Below are positions 11,879 to 20,678 of a DNA stretch of 64,000 nucleotides, piece by piece. The stretch is taken from positions 134,484-198,483 of the forward strand of contig CACMKG010000001.1 of NCBI GenBank assembly GCA_902614235.1. The letters are read 5' to 3'. The stretch is from an uncultured SAR86 cluster bacterium (GTDB lineage: Bacteria > Pseudomonadota > Gammaproteobacteria > Magnimaribacterales > AG-339-G14). The translations under genes and the position numbers were made by a program. The notes under the pieces are model-generated. The model made no database searches and was not told the origin of the DNA. It saw only the letters and a list, made by a program, of their open reading frames with translations. The first letter of the stretch is position 1. Every line of letters begins with the position of its first letter.

Positions 11879-12301
11879 ATGGCAAGAAGTGGAATTAATA
11901 AAGTTATATTACTTGGTAATTTAGGAGCGGACCCTGAATTAAGAACAACTGCAGGTGGCGATGCTGTAGCAACTATATCCATTGCTACTTCCGATAGCTG
12001 GAAAGATAAAAATACCGGAGAAGATCAACAAAAAACAGAATGGCATAGAGTTGTGTTCTTTAGAAGAATGGCTGAAGTAGTAGGTCAGTATTTAAAAAAA
12101 GGTTCTTCCGTTTACATCGAAGGACAGCTTCAAACTAATAGCTATGAAGACAAAAATACTGGAGAAAAGAAGTTTTCTACTCAAATTATTGCAAGAGATA
12201 TGCAAATGTTAGGTAGTAGAAATAATAGTGAAACTCAATCAAACTCATCAGAAGAAGCTTCAATGGATCAAACTCCTATGGATGATGAAATTCCTTTTTA
12301 A
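11879..12301 (+). CDS. ssb: Single-stranded DNA-binding protein
   Basis: It has an OB-fold N-terminus ([17 protein letters not shown]) and the acidic tail DDEIPF. It is divergent from uvrA, as in E. coli and Pseudomonas. Confidence 0.95.
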   Translation: MARSGINKVILLGNLGADPELRTTAGGDAVATISIATSDSWKDKNTGEDQQKTEWHRVVFFRRMAEVVGQYLKKGSSVYIEGQLQTNSYEDKNTGEKKFSTQIIARDMQMLGSRNNSETQSNSSEEASMDQTPMDDEIPF

Positions 12302-13522
12302 TCAATTAAATTCCTTCACCACAATACTTGCATTAGTACCGCCAAATCCAAAACTGTTAGACATGAAGGAAGAAAAATCCTTTTTTTCAATTAATTGATC
12401 GGCCAACACAATATCTTTTGCTTCGTCTATAGGATCTCTAAGGTTCAGGGATTCAGCAATGAATTTGTTTTTCAACATCAAAATACTATAAATACATTCT
12501 AAGACCCCAGCGGCTCCCAAGGCATGACCAGTTTGTGACTTAGTTGAACCAACAATTGGTTTTTCATCAAAAACTTTTTTGATTGCATTTAATTCTATTG
12601 GATCTCCGGCTGGAGTGGACGTCCCATGAGCATTTAAATAATCTACAGTGTTAAGTTCACTCATTTGTAATGCTTGTCTCATACAATTAGCAGCACCTGA
12701 GCCAGAAGGAGAAACCATGTCTTCACCATCCGAAGTAGCTGAATAACCAACTATTTCTCCATATATTTTTGCACCTCTTTTTTTGGCGTGCTCCAATTCT
12801 TCTAAAATAATAATTCCGCCCCCAGCAGAAATTACAAAACCATCCCTATCTTTATCAAACGGTCTTGATGCTTCTTCTGGATTTGAATTATATTTACTTG
12901 ATAATGCCCCCATAGCATCAAAAAGGGCAGACTGTGTCCAATGTTCGTCTTCACCTCCGCCTGCTAGAACTATGTCTTGTTTTCCTAGTTGTATCTGCTC
13001 CCAAGCCGAACCAATGCAATGAGCGCTTGTGGAACATGCAGAAGAGATTGAATAATTAATACCTTTTACTCCCAGAAAAGTGGCCAAGCATGCAGAAACA
13101 GTACTGCCCATTGTTTGTGTAACTCGATAAGGCCCAATTCTTTTAATTCCTTTTTCTCTAGCTATATCTGCAGCTTCGACTTGGCTCCTTGAAGAAGCGC
13201 CTCCAGAACCAGCTATTATCCCTATACGGTCAGAACTAAACATATCTTCTGAAATTCCTGCATCTTTAATCGCTTCTTGAGCGCTGAGATAGGAATATGC
13301 AGCTGTCTCACCCATGAATCTGAACATTTTTCTTTCAATTAATTCGGATAGGTTTAGATTAATAGAGCCTGAAATTTCACTTTTCATCCCCATTTCTCTA
13401 TATTCAGGATTTATAGAAATTCCAGATCTTCCATTTAATAGAGAAGTATTTATTTCATTAATTCCTGTTCCTATTGGAGAAATAGCTCCCATTCCTGTTA
13501 TCACTGCTCTTTTTAATTCCAT
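12302..13522 (-). CDS. fabB: 3-oxoacyl-ACP synthase I (KAS I)
   Basis: It has the active-site context [10 protein letters not shown] plus HGTSTPAGD and GHALGAAG. It lies immediately downstream of fabA, matching the fabA-fabB operon of Pseudomonas. Confidence 0.9.
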   Translation of the reverse strand: MELKRAVITGMGAISPIGTGINEINTSLLNGRSGISINPEYREMGMKSEISGSINLNLSELIERKMFRFMGETAAYSYLSAQEAIKDAGISEDMFSSDRIGIIAGSGGASSRSQVEAADIAREKGIKRIGPYRVTQTMGSTVSACLATFLGVKGINYSISSACSTSAHCIGSAWEQIQLGKQDIVLAGGGEDEHWTQSALFDAMGALSSKYNSNPEEASRPFDKDRDGFVISAGGGIIILEELEHAKKRGAKIYGEIVGYSATSDGEDMVSPSGSGAANCMRQALQMSELNTVDYLNAHGTSTPAGDPIELNAIKKVFDEKPIVGSTKSQTGHALGAAGVLECIYSILMLKNKFIAESLNLRDPIDEAKDIVLADQLIEKKDFSSFMSNSFGFGGTNASIVVKEFN

Positions 13523-13525
13523 TTT

Positions 13526-14056
13526 TTAAAAACCTGATGGATCTTTGAATAAACCAACTTTTAAGTTCTTAGCTGTGTAAATTTCTTTACCATCTACCTT
13601 CATTGAACCGTCGGCAAAACCTACTACTAAACTTTGTTTCCTGATTCTTTTAATATCTATTTCGTATTCAACTAAATTAGCTTTTTGAAGAACTTGTCCA
13701 AAAAATTTTACTTCTCCAGCTCCCAAAGCTCTGCCAATTCCAGAATTTCCATCCCATAATAGGTAAAAACCTAGCAACTGCCACATGGCGTCTAAACCCA
13801 AACATCCAGGCATAACAGGATCGCCGGTAAAGTGACAGTCAAAAAACCATAAGTCTGGTGTTATATCAAGCTCGCCTTTTATTTGACCATTCTCAAAAGC
13901 TCCTAAGTTTGAGTTTACTTCAGTAATTCTATCCATCATCAGCATTTCATTATTCGGCAATTTACCATTTGATTGTCCAAACAATTCCCCTTTAGAGCAT
14001 TTTATTAAATCCTCTTTAGAATAACTTTGTGACGGCTTGAAAACTGTCTCTCCCAT
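13526..14056 (-). CDS. fabA: 3-hydroxydecanoyl-ACP dehydratase/isomerase
   Basis: [27 protein letters not shown] is the FabA signature. Confidence 0.95.
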   Translation of the reverse strand: MGETVFKPSQSYSKEDLIKCSKGELFGQSNGKLPNNEMLMMDRITEVNSNLGAFENGQIKGELDITPDLWFFDCHFTGDPVMPGCLGLDAMWQLLGFYLLWDGNSGIGRALGAGEVKFFGQVLQKANLVEYEIDIKRIRKQSLVVGFADGSMKVDGKEIYTAKNLKVGLFKDPSGF

Positions 14057-14077
14057 AGCGATATACTACAGCATTTG

Positions 14078-14123
14078 AAAAGATTGCGAGTAGAGAGTTT
14101 ATTAGATAAGATGCCAATCTTTT
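14078..14123. repeat. Perfect 9-bp inverted repeat AAAAGATTG / CAATCTTTT with a 28-nt spacer, in the fabA/rplU divergent region
   Basis: The two arms are read directly at 14078-14086 and 14115-14123. The repeat ends 13 nt before the rplU ATG. Its function is unknown. Confidence 0.6.
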
Positions 14124-14136
14124 AAGAAAATTTAAT

Positions 14137-14451
14137 ATGTATGCAGTAATAAAAAGCGGTGGTAAACAGCATAAAGTAGCTGAAGGAGAAATCATCACTG
14201 TAGAAAAAATTGATGCCGAGGAAGGTTCAAATGTTGAGTTTTCTGAGGTGTTAGCTGTTAATAAAGAAGGGAATCTTCAGGTAGGAAGACCTTTATTGGA
14301 AGGCGCAAAAGTTGTTGGAAAAGTTATAAATCATGTAAAGGCACCTAAAGTGACAATTATCAAGATGAAAAGACGTCAAGATTGGAGAAAAAAACAAGGC
14401 CATAGGCAAAATTTATCCAAAATAGAAATCAAATCAATAGAGACTAAATAA
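14137..14451 (+). CDS. rplU: 50S ribosomal protein L21
   Basis: The N-terminus [18 protein letters not shown] matches L21. Confidence 0.95.
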   Translation: MYAVIKSGGKQHKVAEGEIITVEKIDAEEGSNVEFSEVLAVNKEGNLQVGRPLLEGAKVVGKVINHVKAPKVTIIKMKRRQDWRKKQGHRQNLSKIEIKSIETK

Positions 14452-14711
14452 TGGCACATAAAAAAGCAGGTGGAAGTACAAGAAATGGAAGAGATTCTAA
14501 TCCTAAGTTTTTAGGGGTTAAAGCATACGGGGGGCAAACTGTGTCAGCGGGATCTATCATTGTTAGGCAGAGAGGAACAAAATTTCACCCAGGCTCTAAT
14601 GTTGGAATTGGAAAAGATCATACGCTTTTTGCAAAATGCGATGGGAAAGTTTCCTTCGAAAAAAAAGGAAAAAACCTTCGTCAATTTGTAAATATTGAAT
14701 CACTAACATAA
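14451..14711 (+). CDS. rpmA: 50S ribosomal protein L27
   Basis: [19 protein letters not shown] is the L27 N-terminus. Confidence 0.96.
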   Translation: MAHKKAGGSTRNGRDSNPKFLGVKAYGGQTVSAGSIIVRQRGTKFHPGSNVGIGKDHTLFAKCDGKVSFEKKGKNLRQFVNIESLT

Positions 14712-14715
14712 TATT

Positions 14716-15717
14716 GTGCGCTTCATAGATGAAGCATTCATAGAGGTAACCGCTGGGAATGGCGGTAAGGGATGCTTAAGTTTCAGAAGAGAAAAATTTA
14801 TTCCCAAAGGAGGACCCGACGGAGGCGATGGAGGTTCAGGCGGTTGTATTTTAATTGAAACAGATGAGTCTTTGACTACTCTTCAAGATTTTAGACTCCA
14901 AAAAAAATACAAAGCTAAAAACGGCAGCCAAGGTTTGGGTAAAAATAAACACGGCAAAGATGCAGAAAATACCATCTTAAAAGTTCCAGTTGGTACTCTG
15001 ATAATCGACGAAGAGACAAATGAGCTGATAGCAGATTTAATTGAAAATAATCAGTCCATAGTTCTAGCAAAAGGAGGAAAGGGAGGTTTTGGCAATGCTA
15101 GGTTTAAAACTTCCACCAACAGAGCCCCAAGAAAAACAACTGACGGAGATGAAGGAGAAAAATTCAATATTAAGCTAGAACTTAAGGTTTTAGCAGATGT
15201 GGGGCTACTAGGAATGCCAAATGCTGGAAAATCTACTCTTATTTCTAAAATTTCTTCTGCAAAACCTAAAGTAGCAGATTATCCTTTTACTACGTTAAGT
15301 CCAAATTTAGGAGTAGTTCAAAGCGGTTTTAATTCTTTTGTTGTCGCAGATATACCTGGATTAATTCCTGGAGCTTCTGAAGGAGTAGGATTGGGGATAC
15401 AATTTTTAAAACATTTATCGAGAGTTAAAGTTTTACTTCATATTGTAGATGTATCATCTTTTGAAGCTGAAAATATTATTAAAAACATAAATGACATCAA
15501 TACTGAGCTTGAACTTTTTGGCTCCGATTTAGCTCAAAAAGAACAGTGGATTGTTATTAACAAAAACGATCTTGATCCTTCCAAAGAAGAGATGATTAGA
15601 AAAGAGATAAAAGAAGAGTTTAAAGAACAAAGAATATTTTCTATATCTGCTATTACGGGAAAAGGGTTAGAGAACTTAGTTTTTGAAATCGGAACTAAAG
15701 TTTTTTCATTAGACTAG
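14716..15717 (+). CDS. obgE: GTPase Obg/CgtA
   Basis: It uses a GTG start. The N-terminus FIDEAFIEVTAGNGGKGCLSFRREKF and the G1 motif GMPNAGKST are present, and the gene lies downstream of rplU-rpmA. Confidence 0.94.
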   Translation: MRFIDEAFIEVTAGNGGKGCLSFRREKFIPKGGPDGGDGGSGGCILIETDESLTTLQDFRLQKKYKAKNGSQGLGKNKHGKDAENTILKVPVGTLIIDEETNELIADLIENNQSIVLAKGGKGGFGNARFKTSTNRAPRKTTDGDEGEKFNIKLELKVLADVGLLGMPNAGKSTLISKISSAKPKVADYPFTTLSPNLGVVQSGFNSFVVADIPGLIPGASEGVGLGIQFLKHLSRVKVLLHIVDVSSFEAENIIKNINDINTELELFGSDLAQKEQWIVINKNDLDPSKEEMIRKEIKEEFKEQRIFSISAITGKGLENLVFEIGTKVFSLD

Positions 15718-15725
15718 AATATAGT

Positions 15726-16499
15726 ATGTCCAAAGTTGTTGTCATAAAGGTAGGTTCGAGCTTAGTAACAGCTTCAAATGATTCAATTGATAAAGAATTT
15801 ATTAGATCTGTTTCGTCTCAAATTAGAGATCTTGTTGAAAAGGGATTTGAGGTAACAGTTGTATCTTCCGGAGCTATAGCTCATGGTATGAAATCCTGGG
15901 GAATAAAAGAGAAGCCAAAAGAAATTGATCGATTGCAAGCCTTATCTGCGGTAGGTCAAATTGGCTTAATTAACGCCTATCAAGATGAATTTCGCATTCA
16001 TGGCCTTCTAGCCGCACAAGTTTTGATGAGTCATGGTGATTTTAAAGATAAATACCGTTCAAAAAATATAAAGACAAGTTTGAAAAATATATTCAGTTTA
16101 GGAGCTATTCCAATAATCAATGAAAACGACTCTGTATCAACAGAAGAAATTCAACACGGGGATAACGATCAATTAAGTGGCGAGGTTGCAAGTTTAATCG
16201 AAGCAAATTATTTAATTATTTTGACTGATCAGGATGGTATTTACAAAGAAGATCCTAAAAAAAATGCCACAACTCAATTAATTAAAAATATTAACTTAAA
16301 GGAGCTTGATGATTATGATATTAAATTTGGAAAACCCGGAGAATTTGGTAGAGGAGGAATGAAAACAAAACTAAAAGCAGCAAAAAATTTCCTAAACGAA
16401 AGAAACGAAGTTTGGATCGCCAATGGAAAGACTAGCAATGTAGTTTTAGATATCTTAGATGGAAAAGATCAAGGAACGAAGATTACGTTAACTGATTAA
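15726..16499 (+). CDS. proB: Glutamate 5-kinase (kinase domain only, no PUA domain)
   Basis: It has the amino-acid-kinase fold (VVIKVGSSLVT..., NENDSV, GDNDQLS). At 257 aa it ends directly after the kinase domain. Confidence 0.88.
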   Translation: MSKVVVIKVGSSLVTASNDSIDKEFIRSVSSQIRDLVEKGFEVTVVSSGAIAHGMKSWGIKEKPKEIDRLQALSAVGQIGLINAYQDEFRIHGLLAAQVLMSHGDFKDKYRSKNIKTSLKNIFSLGAIPIINENDSVSTEEIQHGDNDQLSGEVASLIEANYLIILTDQDGIYKEDPKKNATTQLIKNINLKELDDYDIKFGKPGEFGRGGMKTKLKAAKNFLNERNEVWIANGKTSNVVLDILDGKDQGTKITLTD

Positions 16500-16751
16500 C
16501 TTAATCGCCTTGTTAAGTCTTGATTTCTGTCTTCCAGCACTATTTTTAGAAATGACCTTTTTATTAGCCATCTTATCAATTAGTTTCTGAGTAGATTTAA
16601 AGTTCGTTTTGGCAAGTTCAGAATCCTTAGAAGAAACTGCCTCCTCGACTCCTTTAATAGCAGTTCGAACAGCTGCTCGCTGACTACTCTTAAGAGAATT
16701 TCTAGTTAAAGCTTGTCTCGCTCTTTTCTTTGCTGATTGTATGTTTGCCAT
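16488..16751 (-). CDS. rpsT: 30S ribosomal protein S20
   Basis: The N-terminus MANIQSAKKRARQ matches S20. The 3' end overlaps proB by 12 nt. Confidence 0.94.
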   Translation of the reverse strand: MANIQSAKKRARQALTRNSLKSSQRAAVRTAIKGVEEAVSSKDSELAKTNFKSTQKLIDKMANKKVISKNSAGRQKSRLNKAIKLIS

Positions 16752-16809
16752 TGGTTGCGAATGATGAAGTTTTATTTTCTTAAAGTCAATATCTTGAAGA
16801 CAAAAACTA

Positions 16810-17553
16810 TCAGACTTGTCTAAGTTTTGTTGTCTTTTTATTTCTAGAAGCTGATTGATAAGTAATCGCTCCTATAATGAAATCAGCAAGATTTGTAATG
16901 CGATCTTCGTTAGATCTTGAAGACAAGTTTATTTCTGTCTTGTTTTCCAAAATACCTTGAGGTTTATTAATAGTCTCAGCCCACTCGGGGCTAGAACTAG
17001 AAATACTCCACTCCGCAAAAGTAACCATTATTGCTCCAGCCATGAACCGCAATCTTTCGAAGGCAATTTCTTCTCCTAAGTCTTTTTTTAGTATCTTGAA
17101 GATCATATTTGTGACTTTTATGGCAGTAGGCGCCTTGTCACTTCGAACTGAATATTTTTTTCTCCAGTCTGCAGATGTCAGTAATTCTCCCATAATCTTT
17201 AAAATATAGTTTTTTCTTTTCGGATCCAACGCATTTTCAGCCATAGGAGTAATCAAAACAGTAACTAATTCTCTTAAATTAGGATTTTTAGACACAGAAA
17301 GCGCTTCATCTAATAAAAATTTTCTTTTATTGTCGAGAGGCGTCAATCTGTAATCTAAAAGGGCATCTAGAAGGTTTTCTTTGTCACCAAAATGATAATG
17401 AAGAGCAGAATGATTTTTTTGACCGGCTTCCCTGGCTATTTCTCTTGTAGAAACATTATTAATTCCTTTTTCAGCAAACAATCTTTCAGCTGTTTCTATA
17501 ATTTTTGTTTTAGTCCTGTTGAGCAAAAGACTTTGAATGGCTTTATTATCCAT
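16810..17553 (-). CDS. TetR/AcrR-family transcriptional regulator
   Basis: It has an N-terminal helix-turn-helix (AERLFAEKGINNVSTREIAREAGQKNHSALHYHFGDKENLL). The C-terminal ligand domain is not assignable. Confidence 0.8.
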   Translation of the reverse strand: MDNKAIQSLLLNRTKTKIIETAERLFAEKGINNVSTREIAREAGQKNHSALHYHFGDKENLLDALLDYRLTPLDNKRKFLLDEALSVSKNPNLRELVTVLITPMAENALDPKRKNYILKIMGELLTSADWRKKYSVRSDKAPTAIKVTNMIFKILKKDLGEEIAFERLRFMAGAIMVTFAEWSISSSSPEWAETINKPQGILENKTEINLSSRSNEDRITNLADFIIGAITYQSASRNKKTTKLRQV

Positions 17554-17571
17554 GGATCAATTATAAGATAC

Positions 17572-17614
17572 TTGTCTTAAATAAGCCAGCTGTCTTATTT
17601 ATTGTCTTAAATAA
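17572..17614. promoter_or_regulatory. Repeat/palindrome cluster between the ssrA 3' end and the tetR start (candidate TetR operator)
   Basis: The 13-nt direct repeat TTGTCTTAAATAA occurs at 17572-17584 and 17602-17614, and TGTCTTA occurs three times. An imperfect palindrome, TAAATAAG-ccagctgt-CTTATTTA, is centred on CAGCTG. On the minus strand a TATAAT (17560-17565) lies only 6 nt from the tetR ATG. Confidence 0.3.
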
Positions 17615-17632
17615 CAAATAGATTAACAAAAA

Positions 17633-17982
17633 TGGTGGAGGCGGCGGGTATCGAACCCGCGTCCATCAATCCATCCCCGTCAGATCTACATGCTTAGTTT
17701 CATCTTTTAATCTCCTTTTAAAAACTCCGATGAGCAGGATTTTTTAAAAGCAGTCTGAAAATCTTTTTGAGAAAATATCAGACAAATTTTCTCAAGCAAC
17801 CTATTAAATGACTTTTTTAAACCCTAATAGGTGTCGGGTTAAAAAAGCTAGCCGAATTATGCAGCTAGTGCGTAGTTTGCTTTATTGCCAACTAAATGTT
17901 TTGCAACTTATTTTATCGAGCTTGTTACCTGCTCGGCATGCACTTAAGGTTCTCGAACAAATGTCTAATCCGTTTCGCCCCC
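17633..17982 (-). ncRNA. ssrA: tmRNA (SsrA), one-piece, about 350 nt
   Basis: The minus strand reads 5'-GGGGGCGAAACGGAUUAGAC...GUGCAUGCCGAG... and ends ...GACGCGGGUUCGAUACCCGCCGCCUCCACCA-3'. The acceptor stem includes the G3:U pair, and a T-arm and CCA are present. An internal tag frame, GGC AAU AAA GCA AAC UAC GCA CUA GCU GCA UAA (17857-17889), encodes ...ANYALAA. The gene lies directly downstream of smpB. Confidence 0.93.
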
Positions 17983-18007
17983 AAAGCGAGAACCTATTTT
18001 AATGAAA

Positions 18008-18484
18008 TTATTTCAACTTACTAGAGAGTTTTCCTATCTTAGCTTTTTCTCTATCCCACTCTTTTCTTTTGATAGTTTCTCTTTTATCAAATTTAGTCTT
18101 TCCTTTTCCTAATGAAATATTAATTTTTATTAAGTTTGTTTTCCAAAAAATTTTTGTTGGAACACAGGTCAGTCCTTTTTCTTGAGTTGCCTTAAAGATT
18201 TTGCCTAATTCTGATTTGGTCAAAAGTAATTTTTTAGTTCTATTTTGATCAACCTGAAAAGTGACTTCTTTTGGAGGAGATATTTTTAGTCCTAAAATCC
18301 ATGCCTCACCATCTTTCATTAAAACGTAGCTATCTTTCATGTCTACTTCGCCTGATCTGATCCCTTTAACCTCCCATCCTTCCAGAGCTAGGCCTGCTTC
18401 GAAACTTTCTAGTAACTCAAAGTTGTATCGAGCTTGCCTGTTGTCAATCACAGGGCGAGGGTTTCTTTTTTTATCTTTAGACAT
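18008..18484 (-). CDS. smpB: SsrA-binding protein SmpB
   Basis: RQARYNFELLESFEAGLALEGWEVKGIR matches E. coli SmpB ([27 protein letters not shown]). Confidence 0.95.
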   Translation of the reverse strand: MSKDKKRNPRPVIDNRQARYNFELLESFEAGLALEGWEVKGIRSGEVDMKDSYVLMKDGEAWILGLKISPPKEVTFQVDQNRTKKLLLTKSELGKIFKATQEKGLTCVPTKIFWKTNLIKINISLGKGKTKFDKRETIKRKEWDREKAKIGKLSSKLK

Positions 18485-18524
18485 TAAGTTAGTATATCTA
18501 GTTAATATAAATTCTAAAAAAAGA

Positions 18525-19865
18525 ATGAATCAAAATAAGATTTGGCAGGGTAATTGGACTTTTATTCTAGCTGCAGCTGGCTCTGCAGTTGGGTTAGGAA
18601 ATATTTGGAAATTTCCGTACATGGCCGGAACTAATGGCGGCAGCGCTTTTGTTCTAATTTACTTCTTGTGTATTTTACTCATTGGGTTACCTGTCATGAT
18701 GGCGGAAACTTATTTAGGCAGATATGGACGAAAAAGCCCTATAAACAGCATTAAGAAAGTAGTTATTGATTTTAATCTTTCTTCTTATTGGAAAATTTTG
18801 GGCTGGCTCGGCGCAATAGCAGGATTAATGATCTTATCCTACTATAGCGTTTTCGCCGGCATTGCTGCGGCATACATTTTTAATTTCATGCCAAGCAACG
18901 AAGTTGATCCAGTTTCTTATTCATTAAATTATTTCAGTGAATTTGTTGGCTCGCCAATGAAAATGATTTTTTGGCATACGCTATTTTTAGGCCTCACCTG
19001 TTTCATTGTTGGCAAAGGAGTTATAGACGGGATTGGGAAAACAATTAACTTTTTAATGCCGACTTTATTTTTTTTAATAATTCTTTTGTGCATTTATTCA
19101 TCTTTTACAGGAGACTTTTTAAAAGCTTTTAATTTTTTATTTGATGCAGATTTTTCTAAAATTTCAACTTCGGTGATTATTGCTGCAATGGGCCAGGCAT
19201 TTTTTACTTTGAGCATCGGTATGGGAGCAATCATGGCCTACGGAGCTTATATGCCTGAAGATCAACCTATTGCTAAAACAATTCCCATAATAATAATTTT
19301 AGACACTTCGGTCGCGTTATTTGCTGGATTAACTATTTTTCCGATAGTGTTTAGCAATCCAATTCTTTCGGTTTCTTCCGGCCCAGGATTATTATTTGAA
19401 ACTTTACCCATTGCTTTTAGTTCTTTACCTTTTGGAAGTATCTTTTCTTCAATTTTCTTTATTTTAATTTCTATTGCAGCAGTGAGTTCTTCAGTATCAC
19501 TTATTGAACCTTTTACAGCGTGGGTAGAAGAACAAAGAATATTCACTCGAAAATTAGGGGTAATAATTTTAGGTTTGTTCGCCTGGATATTAGGTTTGGG
19601 CAGTATTTTTTCATTCAATATCTGGAAAGAAATTTCCTTTTTCGGCTTTGATTTTTTAAGTTTAATGGATTTTTTAACAAACAATATAATGTTGCCTTTC
19701 GGAGGCTTAGCAATTTGTTTATTGGTAGGATGGGTTCTAGAAAAAGAAAAAATGAAAAAAGATTTAAAGATGAATAGTGGCTTTTATAATTTTTTTATTA
19801 TCTGTTTAAAGTATGTAGCACCAATATCAATCGGAACTATTTTTTTAAGTTATTTTTTTTCTTGA
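18525..19865 (+). CDS. Sodium-dependent transporter, NSS/SNF family
   Basis: It contains the NSS signature WTFILAAAGSAVGLGNIWKFPYMAG and is polytopic. I set the start at the Met after smpB, because the ORF-track N-terminal 62 aa are antisense to smpB. Confidence 0.85.
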   Translation: MNQNKIWQGNWTFILAAAGSAVGLGNIWKFPYMAGTNGGSAFVLIYFLCILLIGLPVMMAETYLGRYGRKSPINSIKKVVIDFNLSSYWKILGWLGAIAGLMILSYYSVFAGIAAAYIFNFMPSNEVDPVSYSLNYFSEFVGSPMKMIFWHTLFLGLTCFIVGKGVIDGIGKTINFLMPTLFFLIILLCIYSSFTGDFLKAFNFLFDADFSKISTSVIIAAMGQAFFTLSIGMGAIMAYGAYMPEDQPIAKTIPIIIILDTSVALFAGLTIFPIVFSNPILSVSSGPGLLFETLPIAFSSLPFGSIFSSIFFILISIAAVSSSVSLIEPFTAWVEEQRIFTRKLGVIILGLFAWILGLGSIFSFNIWKEISFFGFDFLSLMDFLTNNIMLPFGGLAICLLVGWVLEKEKMKKDLKMNSGFYNFFIICLKYVAPISIGTIFLSYFFS

Positions 19866-19869
19866 AAAA

Positions 19870-20223
19870 TTAGTTACTAGAGTTTTCGTTTTTGTAACGA
19901 TCAATCCACTTGGTTAATCTGCCATTTTCAAAATAAAGAGTAAAATGGTTATTATATTCTGTAATGTTTCCAACATTAAGAGTGCCGATATATACCCAAA
20001 TATCTGGGTTTAAGCCATCGTTTAATGTCGGAGAACCCATGATATATTTTACCTGCGCTTCTGTGAGACCAACTTCCAATTTTTCTATCATTTTATCGGT
20101 TACTATGCTTCCTTGAGGAACTGAAACTTTGTAAAAGTTATCGAAGAAATTCAAAGAGCAACCATTTAGAATAAAAATAAATAGTGAAATATAAATCGTT
20201 TTTAGTAAAATTCTATAATCCAT
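19870..20223 (-). CDS. bamE: Outer-membrane lipoprotein BamE (SmpA/OmlA)
   Basis: It has a signal peptide with lipobox LNGC and a BamE-like core (LTEAQVKYIMGSPTL). It is divergent from fur, like omlA-fur in Pseudomonas. Confidence 0.75.
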   Translation of the reverse strand: MDYRILLKTIYISLFIFILNGCSLNFFDNFYKVSVPQGSIVTDKMIEKLEVGLTEAQVKYIMGSPTLNDGLNPDIWVYIGTLNVGNITEYNNHFTLYFENGRLTKWIDRYKNENSSN

Positions 20224-20242
20224 AATTAATCAACTTAATTAT
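20222..20242. promoter_or_regulatory. AT palindrome ATAATTAA-tcaac-TTAATTAT in the 29-nt bamE/fur spacer (Fur-box-like)
   Basis: A perfect 8-bp inverted repeat is read directly. The ATAAT/ATTAT arms recall the Fur box GATAATGATAATCATTATC, but the arm spacing is 4 nt longer and the genome is AT-rich. Confidence 0.25.
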
Positions 20243-20252
20243 ATACATTCTT

Positions 20253-20678
20253 ATGAGCGAAGATAAAAATTTAAGAGAAGCTGGTTTAAAAGTAACTTTA
20301 CCGAGAGTAAGGATATTAGAAATTTTTGATAAATCTCCGGAAAGACATTTAAGTGCTGATGACGTTTATAAAAAAATCTTAGATTCGGGTGACGAAGTTG
20401 GTCTGGCAACTGTTTACAGAGTCTTGACGCAATTTGAATCAGCAGGGATTTTAGAAAAACAAAATTTTGAATCAGGTCATTCAGTTTATGAGCTTGCTTC
20501 GAATCCAGATTTTGATGAACATCATGACCATATGGTATGTATCAAGACCGGCAAAGTAATTGAATTTAACAATCAAATGATTGAAGACATTCAAGAAAAA
20601 CTAGCAGATTCCCATGGTTATAAATTGATAGATCATAAACTCGTCCTCTATGTTGAGCCAAAAAAAGAAAATGAGTAA
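20253..20678 (+). CDS. fur: Ferric uptake regulator
   Basis: AGLKVTLPRVRILEIF..., SADDVYKKL..., ATVYRVLTQFESAGIL and HHDHMVC are Fur family motifs. Confidence 0.93.
   Translation: MSEDKNLREAGLKVTLPRVRILEIFDKSPERHLSADDVYKKILDSGDEVGLATVYRVLTQFESAGILEKQNFESGHSVYELASNPDFDEHHDHMVCIKTGKVIEFNNQMIEDIQEKLADSHGYKLIDHKLVLYVEPKKENE

Noticed and set aside
16752-17632. Possible genomic island integrated at the ssrA 3' end, with tetR as cargo
   Set aside because: There is no integrase and no second copy of the tmRNA 3' sequence (TGGTGGAGGCGGCGGGTATCGAACC...) downstream toward rpsT. There is no visible compositional shift, and only one gene lies between ssrA and rpsT.
17808-18002. 64-aa ORF from the six-frame track
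   Set aside because: It lies entirely within, and antisense to, the tmRNA gene (17633-17982). It is an artefact of the structured RNA sequence.
18339-18524. N-terminal 62 codons of the 508-aa ORF-track version of the SNF transporter
   Set aside because: This stretch is antisense to smpB and has mirror-image low-complexity composition. The NSS signature starts right after the Met at 18525, which sits in the smpB/transporter spacer.
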